From positions 1 to 64,000 of the forward strand of contig JAWBQF010000005.1 in NCBI GenBank assembly GCA_038845975.1: 64,000 bases of DNA, read 5' to 3'. Both the position numbers and the translations under genes were made by a program. This stretch comes from Candidatus Methanomethylicia archaeon. Its GTDB lineage: Archaea > Thermoproteota > Methanomethylicia > CALHIW01. Shown one piece after another: positions 1 through 9,923 of the stretch (positions within the stretch are counted from its first letter, which is position 1; each line of letters opens with the position of its first letter). The notes under the pieces were generated by a model that did not search any database, was not told the DNA's origin, and worked only from the letters and a program-made list of their open reading frames with translations.

Positions 1-211
1 TAAAGATCTAAACCACGATAATATAGATACATAACCTAAAATAATGAAGCTTAGAATATCTGAAGCCATTCTAGATGAACGAAAATATATGTAAGCATCA
101 TAACAACTAGAGTAAACGGAGTTCTCTCCCTAACAAACTTAACAACTTTAACCATAGATTCACCATAAATAAGGGAGAGAGCCCCCAAATAAATCTAAAG
201 TTAACAAAGCC
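1..211 (-). mobile_element. Left end of a decayed IS6-like element (same family as 21323..21937), truncated by the window edge
   Basis: Reverse complement of 1..211 aligns by eye with 21323..~21530. Terminal repeat GGCTTTGTTAACTTTAG. Residual frame resembles a transposase N-terminal HTH (..ASDILS..YVSIY.W). Confidence 0.7.
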
Positions 212-223
212 CTTCTAACTATA

Positions 224-237
224 GAAAATCTTAAATA
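224..237 (+). promoter_or_regulatory. Putative BRE/TATA box of the cdh operon
   Basis: GAAAAT-CTTAAATA about 20-26 nt upstream of the cdhA ATGs (257/263), typical archaeal near-leaderless spacing. Confidence 0.5.
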
Positions 238-256
238 TTACACTAATATCCACATC

Positions 257-2635
257 ATGGTGATGTATTTGGAGAAGGGTCCAGTAAGGTTTTCACTTAA
301 GTCTCTTGAATCAACTGGGCTTTCAGTTAAGGATCTTGAGGTTATTATTGGAGGTATTGAGATTCCTGAGGTCTGGGAGCCTCTCGGTCCAACACCAATG
401 CCTAAAATATCTACGTTGAGATCATGGGATTTCAAGCTTCTAAGCAGGTATAAGCCATTCTACATGCCCTTCTGTGATCAATGTTGTCTCTGCACCTACG
501 GTAAATGTGATTTAACTAGAGGTAAAAGAGGCTCATGTGGTATAGATATGTCTACACAGCAGGGTAGAATAGTAACATTAGCATGTGCTATAGGTGCCTC
601 CACCCATACGTCTCATGCTAGACATATGCTTGATAGACTTATTGAAAAGTTCGGTGCTGATACTCCTATTAATCTTGGATCTGACGTCAATGTTGAAATG
701 CCTAATACAAGACTTATTGTAGGAGTTAAGCCTAAAACCCTAGGAGATTTATCCCAAGTATTAAGCTATGTTGAGGAGCAGATTGTACAAACAATATCAA
801 CTACACATACGGGTCAGGAGGCAAGCTATCTAGATTATGAATCTAAAGCTTTGCATCTAGGTATGCTTGATCATGTTGCAATGGAGGTTGCAGATGTAGC
901 TCAAATAGTTGCATTCAACTTTCCTAAAGGAGATCCAAACGCTCCATTATCTGAAATAGGTATGGGTCTGATAGATATTGCTAAGCCAATGATCCTACTC
1001 ATAGGACACAATGTTTCTGAAGGAATAGAAGTCATAGACTACATGAATAGAAACAATCTTGGAAAGCCAGGGGAAGTGTTGGAGGTTGCTGGTTTATGCT
1101 GTACAGCACATGATATTACAAGGTATGAAAGCTCAGCTAAAATCATTGGACCCATATCACACCAAATAAGATTCATTCGTTCAGGAGCTGCAGATACGCT
1201 AATAATTGATGAGCAGTGTATCACTAATCTATCACTTATAGAAGCTCAAAAAGTTAAAACTCCATTCATAGCAGTATCAGATAAAGCTGCCTACGGACTA
1301 CCTGACGTTAGTGAGTGGCCAATTGAAAAAATAGTTTCCTCCCTAACAGTTGGAGGATTAAGCGGTGTATTCTTACCAGATCTCGAAAAAGCAGCTGCAG
1401 TATCCGTAATAACAGCTCTACAAACTGCACCTTTAAGACAGAAGTTTAAAGTTATACCTGACGTTAAGGAGCTTAGCAATATAGCCTCAAAATGTACACA
1501 TTGTGGTAGATGCCGTAGAAACTGTCCGATAGATTTACCTGTAGATGATGCAATATACTCCTTAAAGCTTGGAGATTCAAGTAAGCTTGCTATGCTTCAT
1601 GATCTATGTCTCGGATGTGGTAGATGTGAATGGGAATGTCCAAACCATACACCTGTTCTAAGCCTCATGATGAAGGCTGCTGAAGCCAAAATTAAAACAG
1701 AAAAGTATAAGATAAGAGTTGGTAGAGGACCAATACTTGATACTGAAATAAGAGAGGTTGGAAGCCCAATTGTGCTCGGTGAAATACCTGGTGTTGTAGC
1801 CTTCGTTGGATGTGCAAACTATCCTGAAGGAGGATTAGATGTAGCATTAATGGCTAGAGAGTTTGCTAGGAGGAGATATATAGTAACAGTTTCAGGGTGT
1901 GCTGCTATGTCTATAGCTATGTATAGGAATGAGGAGGGCTTAACACCATATGAGGAGTTTTCAGGAGCTTTTGAGGCAGGAGGATTAGTAAATGTTGGTT
2001 CATGTGTTGCAAATGCTCACATATCAGGTGCCGCTATAAAGATTGCAAACATATTTGCTAGGAGACCACTAAGAGGAAACTATGAGGAAATAGCTGACTA
2101 CATATTGAATAGAGTTGGAGCCTGTGGAGTAGCATGGGGAGCCTACTCACAGAAGGCAGCATCAATAGCTACCGGCTTCAATAGGCTTGGAGTACCTGTT
2201 ATTTTAGGGCCTCAAGGATTAAAGTATAGGAGAATGTATCTTGGACGTGTAGAAGATAAGGAGTCATTCACAGTTTATGATGCTAGAACAGGCAGGAGAG
2301 TTTGGATAGGTCCAGCACCTGAACACTTAATAATATCTGTTGAAAACCGTAGGGAAGCTATGGTTATGATTGCTAAACTATGTCTAAGACCAAACGATAC
2401 AACAAAGGGAAGAATGATCAAGCTAACACACTACATAGATTTATACAAGAAAATCTATGGAAAACTACCTGAAGACCTACACTTATTCATAAGATCTGAA
2501 GCAGATATTCCCGTAACATTTAAGGATGAAGTTTTAAGCTATCTGGAGAAGATTGAATGGAAGCCATGGGAGCTACCATCAATAGATCCCTACTACTCAG
2601 AAAATGTATTTAAAAAGTATTATAGAGGTGGTTAA
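257..2635 (+). CDS. cdhA: ACDS complex alpha subunit (archaeal Ni-CO dehydrogenase)
   Basis: 792 aa. CDQCCLCTYGKC, GHN, CCTAHD, two ferredoxin motifs (CTHCGRCRRNCP, CLGCGRCEWECP), GSCVANAH, AWGAYSQKA. Confidence 0.97.
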   Translation: MVMYLEKGPVRFSLKSLESTGLSVKDLEVIIGGIEIPEVWEPLGPTPMPKISTLRSWDFKLLSRYKPFYMPFCDQCCLCTYGKCDLTRGKRGSCGIDMSTQQGRIVTLACAIGASTHTSHARHMLDRLIEKFGADTPINLGSDVNVEMPNTRLIVGVKPKTLGDLSQVLSYVEEQIVQTISTTHTGQEASYLDYESKALHLGMLDHVAMEVADVAQIVAFNFPKGDPNAPLSEIGMGLIDIAKPMILLIGHNVSEGIEVIDYMNRNNLGKPGEVLEVAGLCCTAHDITRYESSAKIIGPISHQIRFIRSGAADTLIIDEQCITNLSLIEAQKVKTPFIAVSDKAAYGLPDVSEWPIEKIVSSLTVGGLSGVFLPDLEKAAAVSVITALQTAPLRQKFKVIPDVKELSNIASKCTHCGRCRRNCPIDLPVDDAIYSLKLGDSSKLAMLHDLCLGCGRCEWECPNHTPVLSLMMKAAEAKIKTEKYKIRVGRGPILDTEIREVGSPIVLGEIPGVVAFVGCANYPEGGLDVALMAREFARRRYIVTVSGCAAMSIAMYRNEEGLTPYEEFSGAFEAGGLVNVGSCVANAHISGAAIKIANIFARRPLRGNYEEIADYILNRVGACGVAWGAYSQKAASIATGFNRLGVPVILGPQGLKYRRMYLGRVEDKESFTVYDARTGRRVWIGPAPEHLIISVENRREAMVMIAKLCLRPNDTTKGRMIKLTHYIDLYKKIYGKLPEDLHLFIRSEADIPVTFKDEVLSYLEKIEWKPWELPSIDPYYSENVFKKYYRGG

Positions 2636-3169
2636 ATGGCTGTAACACCATGGCAGCTTGGTAATATATTCGGTCCAAGAGTAGCAATCCAGGTTAAAGG
2701 TGATTCTGCAGGTAGAATGATAAGGGTTGCTAAAAACCCTCTCCTGATAGCTGGAGCAAACACTTTAAAGGAAATGGTTGGAGATAAGCCATACATAGAG
2801 TTCATAGTAGAACTATTAAAAGCTAGAAATATGCCATTTATTGCTACTGGAGCATCCTACAAGGAATTTATTGATAGAGGCCTAACCCCTATTAAAATCA
2901 TGAATGCAGTTGAAGTTGTTGATAGGCTTAGAGATCCGGAGTGGAGTATTAACGGTAATGGTCCACATGACCTAGTAATATTTGCAGGACTATCATACCA
3001 ATACCTATCTCAACTCCTCTCATGTATAAAACACTTTGCAACCCATCTAAGAACAATATGTCTAGATAGATACTATCATCCAAATGCAGATTTATCATTT
3101 CCAAATCTAACAGAGGAACAATGGATAGGAAACCTTAAATTACTCCTAGATAACGTAAAATCAAGGTGA
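2636..3169 (+). CDS. cdhB: ACDS complex epsilon subunit
   Basis: 177 aa abutting cdhA. AKNPLLIAG, LRDPEW..GNGPHDL, LDRYYHPNADLSFPN. Confidence 0.95.
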   Translation: MAVTPWQLGNIFGPRVAIQVKGDSAGRMIRVAKNPLLIAGANTLKEMVGDKPYIEFIVELLKARNMPFIATGASYKEFIDRGLTPIKIMNAVEVVDRLRDPEWSINGNGPHDLVIFAGLSYQYLSQLLSCIKHFATHLRTICLDRYYHPNADLSFPNLTEEQWIGNLKLLLDNVKSR

Positions 3170-4593
3170 CCTACATGTCAGGCTTTGAAGGATTTCCTGT
3201 TGAAATAAGTCCGGCGTTTGAAGGTCAAAGAGTAAGAAAGGAAGACATGTATATAGAGTTTGGAGGACCAAACATACCTAAAAAATTCGAGCTTGTAAGA
3301 GTGAAATCCCTTGAGGAGGTTGAAGACGGCTCAGTAAGAATCATTGGTTCAGATCTACTAGAGCTTAAGGAGGGGTCATCAAACCCATTAGGAATATTAA
3401 TAGAGGTTGCAGGCTCAAGAATTGATAGAGATCTTGAAGGAGTAATTGAAAGAAGAATACATATGTACACAAACTACATCGAGGGAATAATGCATCTAAA
3501 TCAGAGATATGATATATGGTGTAGAATATCAAAGAAATCCTTTAAGAAGGGGCTTACATCACTTAAGTGGTGGGGTCTCGGGCTTATAAGGCTATTCAAG
3601 GCTGAAATGCCCTACATAGAGAAAATGCAAGTTACATTCATAACAAATCCAGTAGAAGTAGAAAAAATGTTCGAGGAAGCTATGAAAATATATAATGAGA
3701 GGGATGCAAGAGCAAGAGGATTAAGGGATGAGGAAGTAGAATTATTCTATGGATGTGTACTATGCCAATCCTTTGCTCCAACACATGTATGTGTAATATC
3801 TCCTGAAAGAGTAAGTCTATGTGGAGCACTAACATGGTTTGATGCTAGAGCAGCAGCAAACATAGACCCCAAAGGACCAAACTTTCCAGTACCTAAAGGA
3901 GAACTCCTAGACCCGGTAAGAGGAGAATGGAGTGGAGTAAACGAAACAGTACAGAAAAGATCTCTAGGTGCAATAAAGAGAGTCTATCTCCACAGCGCTT
4001 TTGGGTATCCACATACATCATGCGGATGCTTTGAATGCATAATGTTCTACATACCTGAAGTTGATGGATTCGGAATTGTAGATAGAGGGTTTAAAGGAGA
4101 AGCAGTAAATGGATTATCATTCTCAACAATGGCATCACAAACAGGAGGCGGAATGCAAAGTGAAGGATTCTTAGGAGTAGGAATAGAATATATGAGATCA
4201 AGAAAATTCATACAAGCAGATGGTGGATGGAACCGAATAGTATGGATCTCAAGTACTCTAAGAAAAAGAATTGAAGACGCAATACCCCGAGAACTAAAAG
4301 ATAAAATACCAACAGAAATAGAAGTTAAAAACATAGAGGAACTAAGAAAATATTTAGCCGAACACAAACATCCACTAGCAGAAAAAATAATAGAGAAAAA
4401 ACCAGAAGCAAAACTTGAAGCTCCACCAACACCAATACCAACACCACAAATACCTGTAGCAATACCTCAAATACCAACACCACAAATCCTACCATCCATA
4501 CCAGCAGTTGGAGGTATAAAAATAGTACTGCAAGGAGCTAAAATCAAAATAGGTAAGCTTATCATTAAGAAGGCTGAAGGCGTAAAGCAATGA
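3166..4593 (+). CDS. cdhC: ACDS complex beta subunit (acetyl-CoA synthase)
   Basis: 475 aa. FYGCVLCQSFAPTHVC, SLCGA, HTSCGCFEC (A-cluster), Pro-rich linker and C-terminal beta-strand tail. Confidence 0.97.
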   Translation: MTYMSGFEGFPVEISPAFEGQRVRKEDMYIEFGGPNIPKKFELVRVKSLEEVEDGSVRIIGSDLLELKEGSSNPLGILIEVAGSRIDRDLEGVIERRIHMYTNYIEGIMHLNQRYDIWCRISKKSFKKGLTSLKWWGLGLIRLFKAEMPYIEKMQVTFITNPVEVEKMFEEAMKIYNERDARARGLRDEEVELFYGCVLCQSFAPTHVCVISPERVSLCGALTWFDARAAANIDPKGPNFPVPKGELLDPVRGEWSGVNETVQKRSLGAIKRVYLHSAFGYPHTSCGCFECIMFYIPEVDGFGIVDRGFKGEAVNGLSFSTMASQTGGGMQSEGFLGVGIEYMRSRKFIQADGGWNRIVWISSTLRKRIEDAIPRELKDKIPTEIEVKNIEELRKYLAEHKHPLAEKIIEKKPEAKLEAPPTPIPTPQIPVAIPQIPTPQILPSIPAVGGIKIVLQGAKIKIGKLIIKKAEGVKQ

Positions 4594-4724
4594 GCAAGGA
4601 AGCAACAAGTAGAGAGGAGCTGGATTTCTCGAAACTACTTCAAAAACTACTAGAGGAAAATGTTGAGCTTGAGCTTAGTAATGTAGAGATTAAGGCTGAG
4701 AAGCTTATTGTAAAGAGGATGTAA
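4590..4724 (+). CDS. Unannotated 44-aa micro-protein in the cdh operon, similar to the CdhD N-terminus and CdhC C-terminus
   Basis: ATGA overlap with the cdhC stop; TAA ends 3 nt before the cdhD ATG. MSKEATSREELDFSKLLQKLLEENVELELSNVEIKAEKLIVKRM. Confidence 0.75.
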   Translation: MSKEATSREELDFSKLLQKLLEENVELELSNVEIKAEKLIVKRM

Positions 4725-4727
4725 AGC

Positions 4728-6023
4728 ATGAAAGAAGGGGAGGGTAGAAAAACAGTATTTGATATTCTAAAAATGATTTCAGAATCGAAAGAGCTAGAGC
4801 TTGAAGATGTAGTTGTAGATGCTGAGGAACTAACTCTTGAACTATCCACAACCCCAGCAGGAAAACCAGAATACCTAAAACTTACACTCGAACCGATAAC
4901 ACCAGGAGCACAGAAAATAGAATTCCTAGTTGAGACAACACCGTACGGAGTAAGATTAGTAGCACCAACAGTACCAGTACCACCAGCAATACCAATAGAG
5001 AAACCTAAAGAATTCATAGAGCTAAAATTCGAGTATCCAGTAGTAGAATATCCTGGAAGAATAGTTGAAATAGTTTTAGGAGCAACAAGAGAGCAGGGTG
5101 GAACAAGAGGTAAAATAATAAAGATAGGAGGAGACAAATCACCACCATTCTATCTATTTGAATCAAAACCAGTAAATAGACCAGTAGTAGCACTAGATGT
5201 TTTCGATACTCCACCACCACTAGCAGGACCAGTAAAAAGGGCTTATCAAGACGTATTACAGGATCCAGCTGAATGGGCTAGGAAATGCATAAATACATAC
5301 AATGCAGATCTAATATCACTCCATCTAGTAAGTACAGACCCATTAGGGGAAGATAAGCCAGTAAAAGAAGCATTAAAAACAGTTGAAAACGTACTTCAAG
5401 CAGTAGATATACCAATAATAATAGGAGGATCAGGAAACCCACAGAAAGATGTAGAATTATTCACGCAAGCTTCAGAAGTATTTGCAGGGGAAAGGCTGGT
5501 AATGGCCTCAATAACACTAGACATGAACATACCTAAAGTAGTAGAACCAATAAGAAAGTATGAACATAATGCAATAGCATTAGCATTCATGGATATAAAC
5601 CAGGCAAAAGAACTATCAAGAAAAATACTTGATGCAGGGCTACCGAAAGACCACTTAATACTAGACCCAACAACAGGAGCGCTAGGATACGGAATAGAAT
5701 ATACGTATAGTACAATGGAGAGAATAAGACTTTCAGCATTAATGGGGGAGGAAACACTCCAAGTACCGCTAAGCTGTGCAGCAACAAATGCCTGGGCTGC
5801 AAGAGAAGCATGGATGAAGATAGATGAATGGGGACCGAGAGAGTTAAGAGGACCACTATATGAAGCAACAACAGCACTAGTAGGACTACTAGCAGGAGCA
5901 AACTTATTCATGATGATGCATCCATTAGCGATGAAAATAGTAAAAGCATTTGCAGAAGCAATGATAAGAGAAGAGAAAAAAGAGGAGAAACCATATTTAA
6001 ACTGGATAAAAACAAAGTTTTAG
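4728..6023 (+). CDS. cdhD: ACDS complex delta subunit (corrinoid Fe-S protein small subunit)
   Basis: 431 aa. LGATREQGGTR, IIIGGSGNPQKD, DPTTGALGYGIEY, NAWAAREAW, MMMHP. Confidence 0.96.
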   Translation: MKEGEGRKTVFDILKMISESKELELEDVVVDAEELTLELSTTPAGKPEYLKLTLEPITPGAQKIEFLVETTPYGVRLVAPTVPVPPAIPIEKPKEFIELKFEYPVVEYPGRIVEIVLGATREQGGTRGKIIKIGGDKSPPFYLFESKPVNRPVVALDVFDTPPPLAGPVKRAYQDVLQDPAEWARKCINTYNADLISLHLVSTDPLGEDKPVKEALKTVENVLQAVDIPIIIGGSGNPQKDVELFTQASEVFAGERLVMASITLDMNIPKVVEPIRKYEHNAIALAFMDINQAKELSRKILDAGLPKDHLILDPTTGALGYGIEYTYSTMERIRLSALMGEETLQVPLSCAATNAWAAREAWMKIDEWGPRELRGPLYEATTALVGLLAGANLFMMMHPLAMKIVKAFAEAMIREEKKEEKPYLNWIKTKF

Positions 6024-6032
6024 GCGACATAA

Positions 6033-7475
6033 ATGCCTAAAATCCTAAGACCACTAGACGTATACAAACACTTACCAGGAACAAACTGTGGAAAATGTGG
6101 AGAAACAAGCTGCATGGCGTTTGCATCAAAACTCATAGAAAGAAAAGTAACATCGCAACAATGTACACCACTATATGAAGAACCAAAATACAGTGAAAAA
6201 CTACAGAAACTACTAGAAACAATAAGACCGCCAATAAAGGAAATATGGATAGGAGTAGAGCCAAACATCCTAAAAATAGGAGGGAAAGAAGTACTATACA
6301 GACATGAACTAACATGGAGAAACCAAACAGCAATAATAATAGATATACATGACGAAATGCCACCAGAAGAAATAAAGAAAAGAGTAGAGCTTGTAAACAA
6401 CTTCAAATTCATAAGAATAGGGAAAGAACTAACACTAGACGGAATAGCAATAAGATGCGTATCAGAAAACCCGGAAAAATACGCAAAAACAACAGCAGAA
6501 ATAATGGAAAAAACAAACAAACCAATAATACTATGCTCTCTAGACTCAAACATCCTAGAAGAAGCACTAATAATAGCAAACAAACGAAAACCACTAATAT
6601 ATACAGCAACAAAGCAAAACTGGAAGGAAATAGGAGAACTAGCATCAAAATACAAATGTCCAGTAGCAGTAACAGCAGAAAACCCAGCGACACTAAAATC
6701 ACTCTCAGCAACTCTAAACAAAAACTACAATGTAGACGACATAGTTCTAGACCCACAAATAAAAATAGGAAACATAGCAGAAACACTAAGCACAATAACA
6801 GCAATAAGAAGAGCAGCAATAGAAAAAGAAGAGAAGGAGCTAGGATACCCAATAATGACAGCGCCAGCAGCAATATGGAGTATAGAGGAAGGAGATGAAA
6901 ATGATAAAAAAACATTAGAATCAGTCATAGCATCAAACCTAATATCAAGATTCACAGACCTAATTATACTCCATACAACAGACACATGGACCCTAATACC
7001 AATAGTAGTATGGAGAGATTGCATATACACAGACCCAAGATTTCCACCAGGAGTAAAACCAGGCTTATACGAAATAGGAAAACCAAACGAATACTCACCA
7101 GTACTCGTAACTTCAAACTTCGCACTCACTTATCATCTAGTTCGTGATGACGTTGAAAAAGCAGGAATAAACGCATACCTAATAATCATTGACACCGAAG
7201 CCACAAGCCTCCAATCATCAGTAGCCGGTCGGAAAATTGATGAGGGTAAAATTGTTGAGGCAATTAGAGAAGTGAAAATTGGTGAGAAGACCAAGGTTAA
7301 AGCTCTTATTCTACCTGGTTATGCAGCCAGGCTTGCAGGGGGAGTAGAGGATGCATTAATGGGGGATGGATGGACTATTTTCGTTGGTCCTAGAGATAGT
7401 GGTGAGATAGGCGCTTTTTATGAGAAAGTATTTAAACCATGGTTGGAAGAGAAACTAGCTAAAGAGAAGAAGTAA
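6033..7475 (+). CDS. cdhE: ACDS complex gamma subunit (corrinoid Fe-S protein large subunit)
   Basis: 480 aa. LPGTNCGKCGETSCMAFA..C, IYTDP, SPVLVTSNFALTY, VGPRDS. Confidence 0.96.
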   Translation: MPKILRPLDVYKHLPGTNCGKCGETSCMAFASKLIERKVTSQQCTPLYEEPKYSEKLQKLLETIRPPIKEIWIGVEPNILKIGGKEVLYRHELTWRNQTAIIIDIHDEMPPEEIKKRVELVNNFKFIRIGKELTLDGIAIRCVSENPEKYAKTTAEIMEKTNKPIILCSLDSNILEEALIIANKRKPLIYTATKQNWKEIGELASKYKCPVAVTAENPATLKSLSATLNKNYNVDDIVLDPQIKIGNIAETLSTITAIRRAAIEKEEKELGYPIMTAPAAIWSIEEGDENDKKTLESVIASNLISRFTDLIILHTTDTWTLIPIVVWRDCIYTDPRFPPGVKPGLYEIGKPNEYSPVLVTSNFALTYHLVRDDVEKAGINAYLIIIDTEATSLQSSVAGRKIDEGKIVEAIREVKIGEKTKVKALILPGYAARLAGGVEDALMGDGWTIFVGPRDSGEIGAFYEKVFKPWLEEKLAKEKK

Positions 7476-7798
7476 AAATTTCTCTAACAACTTATATCTT
7501 TGTAGAGGTTGGGCTTACTGAGCCTTTGGCTTTAGGTTTTTCACTAGACTTTCTCCTTATTACTTTAAGAAATTTTTAATTTTCCTCCCGACTATAAACA
7601 CAAATATAAGCATTTCTTTTGTCTGTTATCTTCTTTTATATCATCAATATTTAATGTGATGTCTAACTCTAGTTTGTTTAAAATACTCCTAATGTTGCAT
7701 CATCTAAGAAGTCTTTAGTTTCTTTGCCTAGTCTTCCTTTAATCGTGTTTTACACTTCTTCAATAGTCTCCTTGAAGAATTGTAGACATAGGAGGAGA

Positions 7799-8170
7799 AT
7801 GACTAAGCTAAAACAGATTTATAGATGTAATATCTGTGGAACATAGTTGAGGTTTGCATACCAGTGCCAATACACTTATATGCCGTGATCAGCTAATGGA
7901 ATTGCTTAAAGAAAACCGAGGATGTAGAACTTGAAAAATGTCCCTATCATAGAAAAGACTGAAATAGGCTCCCTGGTTGGGATAAGTAATGCCCCACACC
8001 CTATAGAGGAGAAACACTATATCGAGTGAATAGAATTAACTGCTGACTGGAAATACTATAGGAAACTTCTAAAACCAGATGAAAAACCGGAAGCATTCTT
8101 TGAGGTTAAAGCAGAGAAAGTTTCAGCAATGGAATACTGCAATATTCATGGACTCTGGAAATCTAAATAG
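7799..8170 (+). pseudogene. Desulfoferrodoxin (1Fe/2Fe superoxide reductase) pseudogene
   Basis: GGAGGA RBS then MTKLKQIYRCNICG, followed by frameshifts. HPIEEKHYIE*IEL with an internal stop. C-terminus [10 protein letters not shown]. Confidence 0.8.
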
Positions 8171-8306
8171 TCTCTCATTTTTATGTTAAATTTTAAGTAG
8201 CCAATTAGAAATAGCATGAATACTATTAGAACTCATCATGTGTAACTAGAAATAATTGAGTATGCTAAGATTTATAAATTTCTAAGTTAATATTGAAGGG
8301 TTAATA

Positions 8307-9575
8307 ATGCATCAGGAATATCCTATTCATAAAATTAATTCCTTAGTGAAAGAAAGAATAGATGAGGCTATAAAGCTATTAAAGGAGCTAATAGAAATAC
8401 CTACTGAAAACCCTCCAGGAAATAACTATTTAGAAATGGCTTATTTACTTAACAATGTTCTAAATAAGTTAGGATATAAAACCGAAGTTGTAAAGGTTCC
8501 ACAAGAAGTATCAGATAGATTAGCACCACATGGTAAAGGATTACCGAGAGTAAATGTAGTTGGTTATCTACAAGAGGGAGTGGGAGGTCCTTTAATTCAT
8601 TTGAACGGCCATTTTGATGTTGTTCCAGCTGGATTACATTGGTCTTTTAATCCTTTTAAAGGAATAATTAAAGATAATAAGGTTTATGGAAGAGGAGCTT
8701 CTGATATGAAGTCTGGAATAGTAACTCAAATATTTAGTGTTGAAGTTTTAAGGGAAGCTATGAAGGAGCTTGGTTATAAATTAAACGGCACCATAGTTCA
8801 AAGCTTTACTTGCGATGAGGAAACAGGAGGATTTGCTGGAGTAGGTTACCTAGTAGATAAGGGGTACATAAGTAAAAACACTAACTTCATCTTAATCACT
8901 GAACCTACAGATTCTAGGTATATTGTAGTAGGGCATCGAGGTGTTATTTGGCTTAAAGTAAAAGTTTATGGAGAGAAAGCTCATGGTGCAGTAGCTCAGC
9001 TTGGAGTAAACGCTATAGATAGAGCACGTTTAATTCTAAATAAATTTGCTGAGTTGAACTTACATTTAAAATCCAGAGTTTCAGAAAACATCTTACCTAT
9101 TGAAGCTAGCTACGCTACATTAACACCTACCATGATTAATGCAGGTTTAGCTTCAAATATTGTACCTGATATTTGTGAAATAGTGTTTGATAGAAGGCTT
9201 TCTATGAATGAAAAAGTGGATATAGCTATGGAAGAAATGAAGAAAATAGTTGAAGAAACATTGATTAAAGATTATGATATTGAAATGTTGATGAGTGTTG
9301 AACCTGTAAAAGTGCCATTAAGCACTATGTTAATAAATACTTTAAGTAAATCCATAGAGCTAATAGTTGGAGAGAATCCTAGATATTATTATCTTGCAGC
9401 CACTATGGATATGAAATTCTTCGTAAGAAATACAGGTATAAATGAGTGTGTAGTATATGGACCAGGTATAATGAGTGTAGCACATATGACAAACGAATAT
9501 GTTCCTATTGAAAACATCATTACTTCAATAAAAGTTTTATCATTAACATTAAGTAAACTGTTTAAAACTATTTAA
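8307..9575 (+). CDS. M20 family metallopeptidase/deacylase (ArgE/DapE-like)
   Basis: HFDVVP, GRGASDMKSG, DEETGG, EPT, AH..NE. TTTATAAA box at 8271. Confidence 0.9.
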   Translation: MHQEYPIHKINSLVKERIDEAIKLLKELIEIPTENPPGNNYLEMAYLLNNVLNKLGYKTEVVKVPQEVSDRLAPHGKGLPRVNVVGYLQEGVGGPLIHLNGHFDVVPAGLHWSFNPFKGIIKDNKVYGRGASDMKSGIVTQIFSVEVLREAMKELGYKLNGTIVQSFTCDEETGGFAGVGYLVDKGYISKNTNFILITEPTDSRYIVVGHRGVIWLKVKVYGEKAHGAVAQLGVNAIDRARLILNKFAELNLHLKSRVSENILPIEASYATLTPTMINAGLASNIVPDICEIVFDRRLSMNEKVDIAMEEMKKIVEETLIKDYDIEMLMSVEPVKVPLSTMLINTLSKSIELIVGENPRYYYLAATMDMKFFVRNTGINECVVYGPGIMSVAHMTNEYVPIENIITSIKVLSLTLSKLFKTI

Positions 9576-9923
9576 AAGATTTATGCATAAATTCATCCCA
9601 AATAAGTTGAATCACGTTAAGCCTAAATGCTCCTATAAATTATTTATGTTTACTTTAATATAATCTTCCTGATGCTTCAGTATTCATAGTTAATGTGTAA
9701 CATATGTTACCAAGTCCTTAGAATGTTACTAAACCTTAATAGACTGATTAACTATCCAGTAATCATTAAGTTTTCAGATAGCTTCTATAGTTGAATATTA
9801 ACACACATTGCTAATAATCAAGCATTACATAGAAAATGGAAAATAGATAAAATAGAAAATTCATATCATAAGAGAAGTAATAAAAATGATGTAATCTCTA
9901 AATTTAGCAGAAGAATGTAAATA

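Noticed and set aside
4420-4505. Repetitive CCAACACCACAAATA units in cdhC
   Set aside because: They encode the Pro/Thr/Gln linker; not a CRISPR or DNA-level repeat system.
4640-7129. Many long antisense or alternate-frame ORFs over cdhD/cdhE (Leu/Phe-rich or Asn/Arg/Ser-rich)
   Set aside because: Shadow ORFs caused by the extreme A-rich codon bias; low complexity, no motifs.
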